Source of the DNA: a virus
Taxonomy: Duplodnaviria > Caudoviricetes
Virus record (IMG/VR): IMGVR_UViG_3300042995_000016
Coordinates: 1-56,456 of that record
DNA: 56,456 nt
Direction: 5' to 3' (one strand)
The stretch's first letter is position 1; every line of letters begins with the position of its first letter. Positions 35,626 through 44,300 of the stretch are shown one piece after another. The position numbers and the translations under genes were made by a program. The notes under the pieces were generated by a model. It worked only from the letters and a program-made list of their open reading frames with translations, was not told the origin of the DNA and searched no databases.

Positions 35626-37100
35626 GCGGACCTCCGCTCGGCCGCCGCGTTGAGCGATTCGTAGTAGCCCTGGTCGAACAGCGACGGCCCGGGCCCGCGG
35701 CGCGCGCCGAGGTGGCGCGCCGACATCATGTGGTCGACCCACCCCTTCTTGTAGCCGCGCTCGGCCGCGATGCGCTCCAGGTCCTCGCGGGTCTTCGCGG
35801 CGCCGACCTCGCGCCGGAGCGCCTGGGCGCGCTCGGCCTTCTCCCTCGCGGCCTCGACCTCCTGGAGCTCGCCCTCGCGCTCCTCGGGCTGGCGCGCCTC
35901 GGCCTGGTAGGCGTGGCCGCAAGCCGGGCACACGGGCGCCGGTCTATGGGCCGTGTAGCAGGTCGGGCACTGCCTGACCCGCACCTGGGGCTCGGCGAGG
36001 ACGTCGCCCTTCCTGCGCTTCGGCGCGCCCTGCAGCGACCACTCGCGCGGCTCGTCCGGCAGGCCGTGGCGCGCCGTGTTGCCGACGTGGTCGACGACGA
36101 TGGCGAAGTCCTTGCCCTCGGCCGGGCGGAGCGCGCGGCCGACCTGCTGGATGTGGAGCGCGAGCGACTGGGTCGGGCGGAGCAGGATCACCGCGTCGAC
36201 GCCGGGGACGTCGAAGCCCTCGGAGATCAGCGAGCAGTTGGTCAGAACGGACAGCTCGCCGCGCTCGAAGGACGCCAGGACGCGCTTGAGCTGCGCCCCG
36301 TCCATCTCGCCGTCGACGTGGGCGGCGGGCACGCCGTGGGCCCGGAACTCGGCCGCGACGTGCTCGGCGTGCTGGATGCTGACGCAGAACGCGATCGCCC
36401 TCTTGCCGCCGGCGAGCTTGCGGTAGTGCTCGACGACGCTGCCCGTGATCGCGGCCTTGTCGACGCGCTTCTCGACCTCGCCGACGGCGTAGTCTCCCAT
36501 GCGGGTCTTCACCCCGCTGAGGTCGATGTCGGTCGGCGGCGCGAACACCCTGGCCGGGACCAGGAACCCCATGTCCGTGAGCTCGGCGACGCTCGGCGCC
36601 TCGACCAGGCGCTCGAAGCACCCGCCGTGCCCCTTGCCCAGGCCCGCGCCGTCCAGGCGCAGCGGCGAGGCCGTGACGCCGAGGATGCGGGTGTCCGCCA
36701 GGGCCTGGGCGAGCGCGACGTAGCTGGCGCTGACGCCGTGGTGCGCCTCGTCCCAGATCATGAGCTTGGGCGGCGGCAGCTTGCCCAGCCGCTTGACCAG
36801 CGTCTGCACGGTCGCGACCTGGACCAGCGCGTTGGGGCGCGGCGCGAAGCCCGAGGCGACGACGCCGTGGTCGATCCCCCATTCGTGGAGCTTGCCCGAG
36901 ACCTGCGCGAGCAGGACGCGCGAGGGCTCGACGATCCAGACCGAGTTGCCGCGCGCCGAGGCGCCCGAGGCGATGCGCCCGAAGGTGGGCGTCTTGCCCG
37001 CGCCGGTCGGCGCGACGAAGAGCACGGCCCGGGCGCCGGCCGCGAACTCGCGACGGACGCCCTCGACGCCGGCCTCCTGGTAGGGTCTGAGCGTCAGCAC
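35622..37100 (-). CDS. SF2 DEAH helicase with C-terminal Zn ribbon
   Basis: APTGAGKT, DEAHH, EGFDVP, QQVGRALR, CPTC..CPAC. Confidence 0.92.
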   Translation of the reverse strand: MLTLRPYQEAGVEGVRREFAAGARAVLFVAPTGAGKTPTFGRIASGASARGNSVWIVEPSRVLLAQVSGKLHEWGIDHGVVASGFAPRPNALVQVATVQTLVKRLGKLPPPKLMIWDEAHHGVSASYVALAQALADTRILGVTASPLRLDGAGLGKGHGGCFERLVEAPSVAELTDMGFLVPARVFAPPTDIDLSGVKTRMGDYAVGEVEKRVDKAAITGSVVEHYRKLAGGKRAIAFCVSIQHAEHVAAEFRAHGVPAAHVDGEMDGAQLKRVLASFERGELSVLTNCSLISEGFDVPGVDAVILLRPTQSLALHIQQVGRALRPAEGKDFAIVVDHVGNTARHGLPDEPREWSLQGAPKRRKGDVLAEPQVRVRQCPTCYTAHRPAPVCPACGHAYQAEARQPEEREGELQEVEAAREKAERAQALRREVGAAKTREDLERIAAERGYKKGWVDHMMSARHLGARRGPGPSLFDQGYYESLNAAAERRSA

Positions 37101-37363
37101 GGCGCGGCCTCCGTCGAGGCGAGGCGGCGCAGGTCGCGGGCGCCCATACCGAGCTTGAGCCGCACGGCCGCGAGGTGGGCGCTGACGGTGTGCGTCGAGA
37201 TGCCGAGGGCCCGCGCGACCCCCTTGTAGCTCTCGCCGCCGGCGATCAGCTCGGCGCAGCGCCGCTGCGCGGGGGTGAGGGTCGAGACGTCGAGCCCGCC
37301 GGGCCCGGCGTCGGCGGCGCGGCGCAGCTCGTCGAGCTCGCCGCGGGACAGGATCACGCCCAT
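37094..37363 (-). CDS. stand-alone LuxR-type HTH protein
   Basis: LTPAQRRCAELIAGGESYKGVARALGISTHTVSAHL...KLG. Confidence 0.8.
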   Translation of the reverse strand: MGVILSRGELDELRRAADAGPGGLDVSTLTPAQRRCAELIAGGESYKGVARALGISTHTVSAHLAAVRLKLGMGARDLRRLASTEAAPC

Positions 37364-37734
37364 CAGGGGGACTCCTTCGGTCGGAAGGCGCGGGCCAGGC
37401 GCTCGGTCTCGCGGGCCCGGCGGACCGCCGCCGCGCCGACGGGCGGCACCCACGCGACGCCGTGGTGGTGGCCGCAGTAGGACGAGCCGGGCCGCTGGGG
37501 TGCCTGGCAGTAGCCCCAGGCGCCGGACCGCACGTCGCCGTCGATCCAGCGGCAGCCGACCGGCTCGCGCGGGCCCGGGGCGGGCGGCGCGGCGACGGAA
37601 GCCGGGACCTGGACCGCGGCCAGCAGCCGGGCGACGCTCGTGCCGAACCACCCGGCCACGGTCGAGGGACGCGCGCCCCGGCCGAGGTGGTGGCGGGCGG
37701 TGTCGAGGTCCTCGGGCGAGAGCGCGGCGCCCAT
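37363..37734 (-). CDS. GcrA-family regulator
   Basis: CRWIDGD...YCQAP..PGSSYCGHHH..AW matches the GcrA C-terminal Cys/His motif. Confidence 0.8.
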   Translation of the reverse strand: MGAALSPEDLDTARHHLGRGARPSTVAGWFGTSVARLLAAVQVPASVAAPPAPGPREPVGCRWIDGDVRSGAWGYCQAPQRPGSSYCGHHHGVAWVPPVGAAAVRRARETERLARAFRPKESP

Positions 37735-37922
37735 CAGGCCGCCTCCCCGCGCGCCCGGTAGAGCCGGCACGCCGCGTGGTAGTCGCCCCAGCCCTCGGCC
37801 CAGGCCCAGCCCGAGTCGGTGTCCGGGACGTAGGGATTGGCGGAGCGGTCCTCGCCGCGCGAGGCGGCCTCGACGCCCTCCCGGTAGGCGGGGATCCTGC
37901 GCGGGTTCGGGGCCGGCGTCAT
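37734..37922 (-). CDS. Rmf-like small protein
   Basis: AYREGVEAA..G....NPY......W.EGW. Confidence 0.65.
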   Translation of the reverse strand: MTPAPNPRRIPAYREGVEAASRGEDRSANPYVPDTDSGWAWAEGWGDYHAACRLYRARGEAA

Positions 37923-38425
37923 CCCGCGGTCCCCCGGGCGGAGGGGTGCGCCACGACCCCGGCGCCGCCGTGGGGCGGCTCCACCATGTCCCGGATGGCC
38001 CGGGCGTTGTCGATGACGTCCTGCGCCTCGCGGGCGATGCGCCGGCGGTCGCGGGCGTCGAGCGCGTCGTCGGCCATGGCCTTGTCGACCTCGCCGTTGA
38101 GTTCGCCGACCTCGCGGGCGAGCGAGCGCAGGCACCGGTCGATGTCCGCGGCGGGCGTGGGCGCGCCGCGCAGCCTCGCCAGCGTCGCCTGCGCGATCTC
38201 CTGCAGCGCCGGGGCGAAGACGGGGCTCAGCCCGCGGGCGACCAGCGCCGCGTCCAGCGCGGCGGCGTCGGGCAGGTCGAGCCCGTAGTCGTTCGACGGG
38301 TTGCAGATCTTGGCGAACGTCGCCGCGCGCTTGCCGGTCGCGGCGAGGATCTCGTCCGGGGAGAGCTGGTTGAGGACGTCGCGGAGCTTGTCCTCGATGG
38401 ACCCGGCGGGGCGATGAAGCGTCAT
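37919..38425 (-). CDS. CII-family phage regulator
   Basis: NP....L....A..LD; REVGEL...A.AD..LD..DRRRI.RE; position downstream of cro. Confidence 0.75.
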   Translation of the reverse strand: MTLHRPAGSIEDKLRDVLNQLSPDEILAATGKRAATFAKICNPSNDYGLDLPDAAALDAALVARGLSPVFAPALQEIAQATLARLRGAPTPAADIDRCLRSLAREVGELNGEVDKAMADDALDARDRRRIAREAQDVIDNARAIRDMVEPPHGGAGVVAHPSARGTAG

Positions 38426-38436
38426 CCAAAATACCC

Positions 38437-38706
38437 CTATCGATTGGATAGGACGTGGGGGACGGCCTCGTCCACACTCGGGCCCAGCAGGACGGGCGAG
38501 GGGGCGAGGCGGTGATCGAGGCGGGCGAGGACGAGGTCGGGGCCAGGCTGGCGCTGCTGCGCTCGATCGCGGGGATCGGGGCCGAGCGACAGGACGGCGG
38601 AGACCGCCGCGCCGCCCAGGACCAAGCCGCCCAGGCCGGCCGAGGCGAGCAGGACGCCGACGCCGAAGGTGGTGCGCCGTACCGCGACGGAGAGCCGGAT
38701 GCACAC
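38437..38706 (-). CDS. possible small membrane protein
   Basis: Hydrophobic stretch FGVGVLLASAGLGGLVLGGAAVSAVL; start uncertain. Confidence 0.35.
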   Translation of the reverse strand: MCIRLSVAVRRTTFGVGVLLASAGLGGLVLGGAAVSAVLSLGPDPRDRAQQRQPGPDLVLARLDHRLAPSPVLLGPSVDEAVPHVLSNR

Positions 38707-38918
38707 CGATGCGCGCGGGACGCGGGCAGGCCCGGCGGCGTAGGCTTCCTTGACAGTCTGGTTATGGTGGGAGTCTTGCGTCTTGGTCAGGGCGGGCACG
38801 GAGAGGGGCGGCCGGCGGGGCATGGCGGCGCGTCTCCCGTCAGGCGCGGGGGCAGGCTCGACGCCCGCCCCCGCCGTCGCTACCGTGGGTGTTGCGACAC
38901 ACCCCACGGAGCAACCCG

Positions 38919-39299
38919 ATGCCCTGGAACAAAGAGACGAAGCGGCGGAACCTCCTGCTGTTCTGCTGGCTCCGCGACCTGGACGACCGTGCGCCCGACA
39001 TCGAGAAGGCGCTCAAGAAGCACGAACCCTTCCGCATCGCGCCCGGCGTCTGGCACCTCAAGACGAGGGCAGGCATCGAGGCGGTCCGGATGGCCGTGGT
39101 CCGCGTGGTCAGCGACTTCGAGGACGACAGGGTCATGGTGGTGGACTCGACCTCGGACAACGTCAGCTTCTGGTGCGGCCATCGCTGGCCGGAGGCGAAG
39201 GAGCTCTGCGACCGGCACTTCATCCGATCGACGACGGACCACCTGGGGCGGCCGCATCGCTACGAGTGGCAAGAGGACACGCCGGGCACGGGCGATTGA
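38919..39299 (+). CDS. antisense-oriented accessory gene, ferredoxin-like (Cas2/VapD-like) pattern
   Basis: SD plus ATG; LLLF...DIEKALK...PGVWHLKT...DDRVMVVD. Confidence 0.6.
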   Translation: MPWNKETKRRNLLLFCWLRDLDDRAPDIEKALKKHEPFRIAPGVWHLKTRAGIEAVRMAVVRVVSDFEDDRVMVVDSTSDNVSFWCGHRWPEAKELCDRHFIRSTTDHLGRPHRYEWQEDTPGTGD

Positions 39300-39713
39300 C
39301 CGTCCCGTTGGTCGTCCCGACCCCGCGGAGGTTCCCGGCCTCGTCCCAGTGCTCGACGGTCCCTTCGCCCAGGGCGACGCGGAGGCCGGGCTTCGGCGGG
39401 GCCAACCGGCACCCGTCGGCGGCGCATGGGGCGTGAGCGTCCGGAACGTGCACCTGCGCAGCCGCCAGCCGCTCGGCGGCATCGGCCGCGCGCTCCAGCT
39501 CGTCGGCGAGACGGGACGCCTGGGCGATGGCGTCGGCCATGCCAAGGTCAAGCGAGGCCGCCCCGGCCCTGGGACACCGCACGCCGCGCGCGGCGGCGGC
39601 ATCGGGGCACGGCCCCTCGCAGTGCGGCGTGCAGCGAACGTCGGCGACCATCGTCGTATCTCCTCCGCCGGGGGCGGCCTGGGGGTGGTGGGGGAAGGGC
39701 GGCATGGCGGCGT

Positions 39714-39941
39714 TCAGGCCGCGGACTTGGCGAAGTGCTCGACCAAATCGGGCCGAAGTTCGCTGGCACTGACCGCGCCGCCGAAGGCACGGATCACCTC
39801 AGGGATTTCCTCGGCCGGCAGGGTTATTTCCGCGCCCCATTTCTTGATGGTGTTTCGCGGGCGCTTCAGGCGCCGCGCCAACTCGGCGAGGGTGATCCCG
39901 TGCTTCCGGCAGAGCTGAGTGAGGGGGCGTGCGTTTCGCAT
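39714..39941 (-). CDS. cro: Cro-like repressor
   Basis: LAELARRLKRPRNTIKKW HTH; VSASELRPD signature; divergent from cI. Confidence 0.88.
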   Translation of the reverse strand: MRNARPLTQLCRKHGITLAELARRLKRPRNTIKKWGAEITLPAEEIPEVIRAFGGAVSASELRPDLVEHFAKSAA

Positions 39942-39948
39942 GCCCACG

Positions 39949-40042
39949 TTTGTACCACCACATGGTACAGGATGCAATGACGTTGATCGGAGAATCGGAC
40001 CATATGAAGGTCCTGCCGAAATGTACCATCGTTAGGTACATT
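39949..40042. promoter_or_regulatory. OR region: three operators with divergent PR and PRM
   Basis: TGTACCA-CCACA-TGGTACA (39951-69), CGGACCA-TATGA-AGGTCCT (39996-40014), TGTACCA-TCGTT-AGGTACA (40022-40); minus-strand TTGCAT-17-TACAAA; plus-strand CTGCCG-18-TACATT. Confidence 0.85.
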
Positions 40043-40048
40043 CGGCCC

Positions 40049-40393
40049 ATGTCTAAGCAGGCTGGAACAACGAAGACCAAGAGCCGACTGGCCGGGCTGC
40101 GCGCGAGGCGCAAGCTCACCCAGGAGCAGCTTGGCGAGATGATTGGCGCGAACCGCGAGAAGATCGCGAAACTGGAGCGCGGCGATATCTGGTACTCGCT
40201 CGACAGCGCAACTCAGATATCACGAGCCCTGAACTGCGGCATGTGGGAGCTAATGCCGGATGCTCCGGATCTTACCCAAGACGACCTCCGCATTTTGGCC
40301 GCGCTGCACCGGATGAACGAAGACCAGAAGATGCAGTTCCTGACTTTGTTGGAGACTTTGCTAAACGGGGCGGCGCCCGACCGTCAGCAATAG
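40049..40393 (+). CDS. cI: CI-like XRE repressor lacking an S24 peptidase domain
   Basis: LTQEQLGEMIG..REKIAKLERG HTH; only 114 aa. Confidence 0.88.
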   Translation: MSKQAGTTKTKSRLAGLRARRKLTQEQLGEMIGANREKIAKLERGDIWYSLDSATQISRALNCGMWELMPDAPDLTQDDLRILAALHRMNEDQKMQFLTLLETLLNGAAPDRQQ

Positions 40394-40496
40394 CCTCTGC
40401 GGCATCGGCCAGTAGGCTGCGCATCGCGGGGGGGACTGCACGAACAAGCGTCAGCCAAGCTCTATCTTCATCGGACAGCCCCATCGCGCCCCCCAT
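40272..40496 (-). CDS. putative SOS-induced antirepressor
   Basis: Lies downstream of a LexA-boxed promoter; LSDEDRAWLTLVRAVPPAMRSLL resembles the CI C-terminus. Confidence 0.55.
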   Translation of the reverse strand: MGGAMGLSDEDRAWLTLVRAVPPAMRSLLADAAEAIADGRAPPRLAKSPTKSGTASSGLRSSGAARPKCGGRLG

Positions 40497-40515
40497 CGCG
40501 CCAGCCTAGCAACCA

Positions 40516-40545
40516 GAACATAATCGGAACATCTCGCCTCGTCAC
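40516..40545 (-). promoter_or_regulatory. promoter overlapped by an alphaproteobacterial LexA box
   Basis: GAAC-ATAATCG-GAAC (40516-40530); minus-strand GTGACG-17-TATGTT. Confidence 0.75.
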
Positions 40546-40621
40546 GCACATCGGTGCATGCGCTTGATGCATCAGCATTGAGGAGCACCCCGGCTCACCG
40601 GCGCGGGCCGGGGCGCCACTG

Positions 40622-41059
40622 TCACGCGGCCCTCAGGCTGAGCGCGCACATCGCCGCCTGTCTAGCGGCCAACGCGCACATCGCCGCTCCCTTGCAAGCG
40701 CCCCGTGGCGCGTCCTTGTAGTTGGACACCAACTCGACGCCGTGCTCGGCGAAGGCGGCCCTTGTGACCTGCCATGCCTCGGCGAACGCCGCCGTGCCAT
40801 AGGCGTTCGCGTCGTGATAGAGCTCGACGCCGCCCATTGCCGCGGACACCTGGGCCAGCAGTTTGGGATCCTCGATCACTATATGCAGCGCCGCGTCGGC
40901 CGCCTCGGTCATCGCGAGCGTGGCGGACGGGTTCCGCGCAAGATGATCGAGCAGCGCGCTCATGTCGCCCACAGCAACCTCGGCCTGCTCGGGCGCGAGC
41001 CCGCCAGCGACCAAGCCGGCGACGACACCAGAAAAGTCGAGTCCCATCACTCCCTGCAT
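40622..41059 (-). CDS. small protein with a GRDP/DUF1399-like core and a repeated AAMCAL tail
   Basis: ADAALHIVIED...LYHD...AWQVTR..F; cgcgcacatcgccgc at 40643 and 40673. Confidence 0.7.
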   Translation of the reverse strand: MQGVMGLDFSGVVAGLVAGGLAPEQAEVAVGDMSALLDHLARNPSATLAMTEAADAALHIVIEDPKLLAQVSAAMGGVELYHDANAYGTAAFAEAWQVTRAAFAEHGVELVSNYKDAPRGACKGAAMCALAARQAAMCALSLRAA

Positions 41060-41071
41060 GTCAGCCTCTCC

Positions 41072-42127
41072 TCATTGGCGCGTCAGCGACGCGCGTGTTA
41101 TCGCCGCGATCCTCATGACCAGGCTCGTGATGTCGCCCAGCCCGGCGGCGGCGAATCCCGACCGACGCAGCCGCGCCTTGATGCCCTTGACTTGGTTGTA
41201 GGCTGTTCCTGGATCTACGCTCCGCGCGTCCGCGATCTCCCGGACCGAGAGGCCGGCGCCCAAGAGCGCTGTGACGTGGGCCTCGGCGGGCGTGAGGTCG
41301 AAGGTCCGCCCGAGGGCACTGCGGATCTCCTCCTGGTCCTCTCCGAAGGCGGCGACGGCTAGGACGGCCGTACCGGCGGATGCACCGGGCGAGACCGCGA
41401 GCAGGTGGGGGTCCCCGGCGCCCGGACGGCGCAGGGGAACGATGGCCGGCTCCTTGCGCCCGGCGCAGGCCGCGAGGACCGCCTGGGCCAGAACGATGTG
41501 GTCATATCTGTCGGCGGCGCGGATGCCGTCCTCAGTCTCGAGGATCCCGTCGCCCCGCTCGGCCAGCAGCCGGAACGCGGCGTTGGCGTGGATCAAGCGC
41601 TTGGCTTGGTCGACTAATCCCACGGCGAGGCCGACGGCGTCCAGCGCCGACTGCAGCCCTCGAAACGCTTCGCTGATCTTGGATGCCCACACGACGCCGA
41701 GCCAGTTTTGCGCGCCGTCGAAGTACCGCTCCATTCCTGTCGCCTTGACCGCGACGCGCGCCTGCATCGACATGCCACCGTCGAGGCGCAGGTGGGAGAC
41801 CAGCATGCGTCCCGCGGGATAGACGTTGATAAAATCCATATCGGTATGCCGACGGGCACAGCTCGCCGTCTCGGCGTAGAGACGCGGGTTCTCGGCGGCA
41901 AGGGGGTTGCCGTTGAAGCCGTGGCGCACCAGAGCATAGATCAGGTCTTTGTAGGTGTCCTCCGGCCTGAACTGGAAGCAAGGCCACTGTTCACGTTGTT
42001 CTTGATTAGCCCAGAGGACACGATCCTCGGCATCGAAAATGACGATACCTCCGCCGAGGCTAGCAGCGGCCTCCGCAAGCTCGCGCCCCCGATGCGGCAG
42101 TCCTTGTAGTGCAAATGAACTACGCAT
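41072..42127 (-). CDS. PAS-PAS-LuxR HTH transcriptional regulator
   Basis: GIVIFDAEDRVLWAN (PAS), VGLVDQAKRLIHANAA (PAS), FDLTPAEAHV..LL..GLSVREIA (LuxR HTH); lower GC. Confidence 0.85.
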   Translation of the reverse strand: MRSSFALQGLPHRGRELAEAAASLGGGIVIFDAEDRVLWANQEQREQWPCFQFRPEDTYKDLIYALVRHGFNGNPLAAENPRLYAETASCARRHTDMDFINVYPAGRMLVSHLRLDGGMSMQARVAVKATGMERYFDGAQNWLGVVWASKISEAFRGLQSALDAVGLAVGLVDQAKRLIHANAAFRLLAERGDGILETEDGIRAADRYDHIVLAQAVLAACAGRKEPAIVPLRRPGAGDPHLLAVSPGASAGTAVLAVAAFGEDQEEIRSALGRTFDLTPAEAHVTALLGAGLSVREIADARSVDPGTAYNQVKGIKARLRRSGFAAAGLGDITSLVMRIAAITRASLTRQ

Positions 42128-42423
42128 GCTTTTCAGCCGTGATCGTCAGCGATTAGCTGCCCATATCCAACCTTGGACACCTTTCGGTGTCAATGAATAT
42201 ATTCTTGCGCTAGCAATGATGCACGAGAAGCAAAGTCGCATTGTTGCGCACGCGCCGCGCTTCCCCAGATGCAAAGACCTCGCCGGCCGGAGCGGGTGGG
42301 ACTGCCTGGGGTAGATCTGTTCATAGGCGAGCACGACGCCGACTCAGATCGCGGCGAGCACTGCGGCGCTCATGAAGCCGACGACTGTCCATATCTGAGT
42401 ATGACATGGATGGCAAACAGTCG

Positions 42424-42480
42424 TGTACCACTTCAAGGTACATTATTCGCTTGCACTGACGTACCATCACGCGGTACATT
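42424..42480 (+). promoter_or_regulatory. OL region: two operators and PL
   Basis: TGTACCA-CTTCA-AGGTACA (42424-42), CGTACCA-TCACG-CGGTACA (42460-78); TTGCAC-18-TACATT. Confidence 0.85.
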
Positions 42481-42577
42481 TTTCCTGCACCGACCGATGG
42501 GGCTACCCCACGACGGCGCTTCCTCCCAACTAGACCGGGGTGCCTGGCGCCCCGGTCGCCTCCCGAGGGCCGGGTCC

Positions 42578-43327
42578 ATGTCGTCAGAGTCAGAGAACCC
42601 CATCGCCGATCCCGTCGTCACCGAGGCGAGCGCGGGCGCCTTCGTCTCGCTGCTCCAGGGGGATCGCGCGATCAACGCCTTCGCCGCCGGCGCGCTCGGG
42701 GCGGGCAGTCTCCTCACCGCCTCGGACGAGGCCGTCGCCGCGCTGCTGCGCGCCGTCGCCGACCGGCTGGCGCCGTCCGTCACCCCCGAGACCGTCGCGG
42801 CCGAGGTCGCCGAGGTCGCGACGGGCCGCTGGTTCCACAGGAAGGCCAACGGCACGCGCCCAGAGGGCTGGTTCGCCGTCGCGAACGTCGAGATCGAGTA
42901 CAGGCATGACCTCGGCTCGACGCCGTGGCGCTTCGAGTTCTGGTCCGAAGAATGCGCGGTGAGGAGCGTCCATGCCGCCACGCTCCCCGAGCTGCGCGCC
43001 GAGGCGCTGGAGGCCGCCGCCGCGATGCCGGCGGAGCGCCCCGAGCCCGAGGCCCCGGCCGAGCGGCCCGCCGCGCCCGGGCTCGACGGCGGCACCCTCG
43101 TCTGCGTGACGGTCGGCGAGGACGGCCACGCCCGCGACGACGGCTACGGCCGCGTCGTCCCGCTCCGGGACTTCCTCGCCGACAACTTCGACGGCCTCTC
43201 CGCCGCCGAGGTGACCGAGCTGCACTCCGCGCTGGGCCGCCGCGAGCCCTGGCGCCACGGCGGCGGCGCCGCGCCGCTCGTCACCGTCACCCTCGCCGCG
43301 GCGGTCGACGCCGCCGAGGTCGCCTGA
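42578..43327 (+). CDS. hypothetical protein, first gene of the PL operon
   Basis: GC3-biased ORF downstream of PL. Confidence 0.65.
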   Translation: MSSESENPIADPVVTEASAGAFVSLLQGDRAINAFAAGALGAGSLLTASDEAVAALLRAVADRLAPSVTPETVAAEVAEVATGRWFHRKANGTRPEGWFAVANVEIEYRHDLGSTPWRFEFWSEECAVRSVHAATLPELRAEALEAAAAMPAERPEPEAPAERPAAPGLDGGTLVCVTVGEDGHARDDGYGRVVPLRDFLADNFDGLSAAEVTELHSALGRREPWRHGGGAAPLVTVTLAAAVDAAEVA

Positions 43328-43328
43328 G

Positions 43329-43841
43329 ATGGCGTTCCACCGCCTCCGCGTCGCGACGGCCCCGGCGGGCCCGCGGCGCCCCCTCAGGGCCGGCGTCACC
43401 ATGGGCATGTACGCCCACAACCGCGCCGGCCGGCGCCTGATGCTCCGCTTCCCCGAGGGCCTGCGCGCCGAGCTCGGCTGGAAGGCCGGCGACCTGATCG
43501 CGGTCGCGATCGGCGACGGCGCGGACCTCGGCCGGATCCGGCTGGAGCGCAGCGAGGTCCGCGACTACGGCTGCTACCGGCTGGTCGCGAGCTCGAAGCG
43601 CGCGGACGCGCCGCTGACGCTGTCGGTCTGCTCGTTCGAGGTCGGCCCGCAGGGCTGGCCCATGCCGGTCACCCGGGACACCTGGTGCGCGACGGAGGTC
43701 GGGCACCGCCTCGACGGCGCCGCGCTCGTCCTGGACCTGCCGCCCTGGCTCTACCGCCCGGACGAGCCGCGCCCCGTGCGCCGCGTCCGGGCCGGGTCGC
43801 GGCGGCTCAACGGCCACCACCACCACCACCCCACGGGATAG
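43329..43841 (+). CDS. hypothetical protein with AbrB-like pattern
   Basis: LRFPEGLRAELGWKAGDLIAV; ends in a His run. Confidence 0.6.
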   Translation: MAFHRLRVATAPAGPRRPLRAGVTMGMYAHNRAGRRLMLRFPEGLRAELGWKAGDLIAVAIGDGADLGRIRLERSEVRDYGCYRLVASSKRADAPLTLSVCSFEVGPQGWPMPVTRDTWCATEVGHRLDGAALVLDLPPWLYRPDEPRPVRRVRAGSRRLNGHHHHHPTG

Positions 43842-44300
43842 GCGCGCCGCCCGCCCTTCCGGCCCCGCGGCTCGGGCCGGAACCAGCTCGATCCGTGAGG
43901 CCGGCGCGCCTACGGCCCCGCAAGGGGGCCGGTCAGACTGGACGGAAATCGAGCGGAGCCGCGACCCCGGGCGCTGAAACCGGGGACGGGACGCGCGGGG
44001 GCGACGGTCGCCCCCGGTTCGGACGAGGCGCACGGCCGGCACGGGAGCCGGACGCAGGCACGGAAGCGAGAGGTGCCGCGCGTCTCCGAAGGTCGAGGGC
44101 CCCCCGAGTGCCCCGCGCGTCCCGGCGCCACCAAACGAATAGGCGTGTCGGCCCGGGCGACCGGGGCGGCGAACCCCTCCCGGGGTGCGGGCGCCAGCCA
44201 ACTCAGAAACGAAGAAGCCGAAACCGAACCATGACGGGCAGCCGCCGACGGGCTGCGGAGTGACAGTCGGCGCCGGCCGGGGGCGCACCCCGGCGCTTCT
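43841..44300 (+). ncRNA. candidate structured RNA region
   Basis: About 480 bp with no credible CDS and many adjacent hairpins. Confidence 0.35.

Noticed and set aside
32337-35931. Apparent helicase-MTase-PAPS reductase fusion ORFs in the track
   Set aside because: Each real gene has its own coupled start; the upstream extensions are off-frame shadows.
39220-39705. 161-aa minus-strand ORF after cro
   Set aside because: Start unclear, overlaps the convergent gene and has no motif; a shorter gene may exist but I cannot support it.
42146-42400. Small ORFs upstream of the PAS-LuxR gene
   Set aside because: No SD or codon bias; more likely promoter/leader DNA (contains a GACACC-GAAA-GGTGTC hairpin and a GAATATATTC palindrome).
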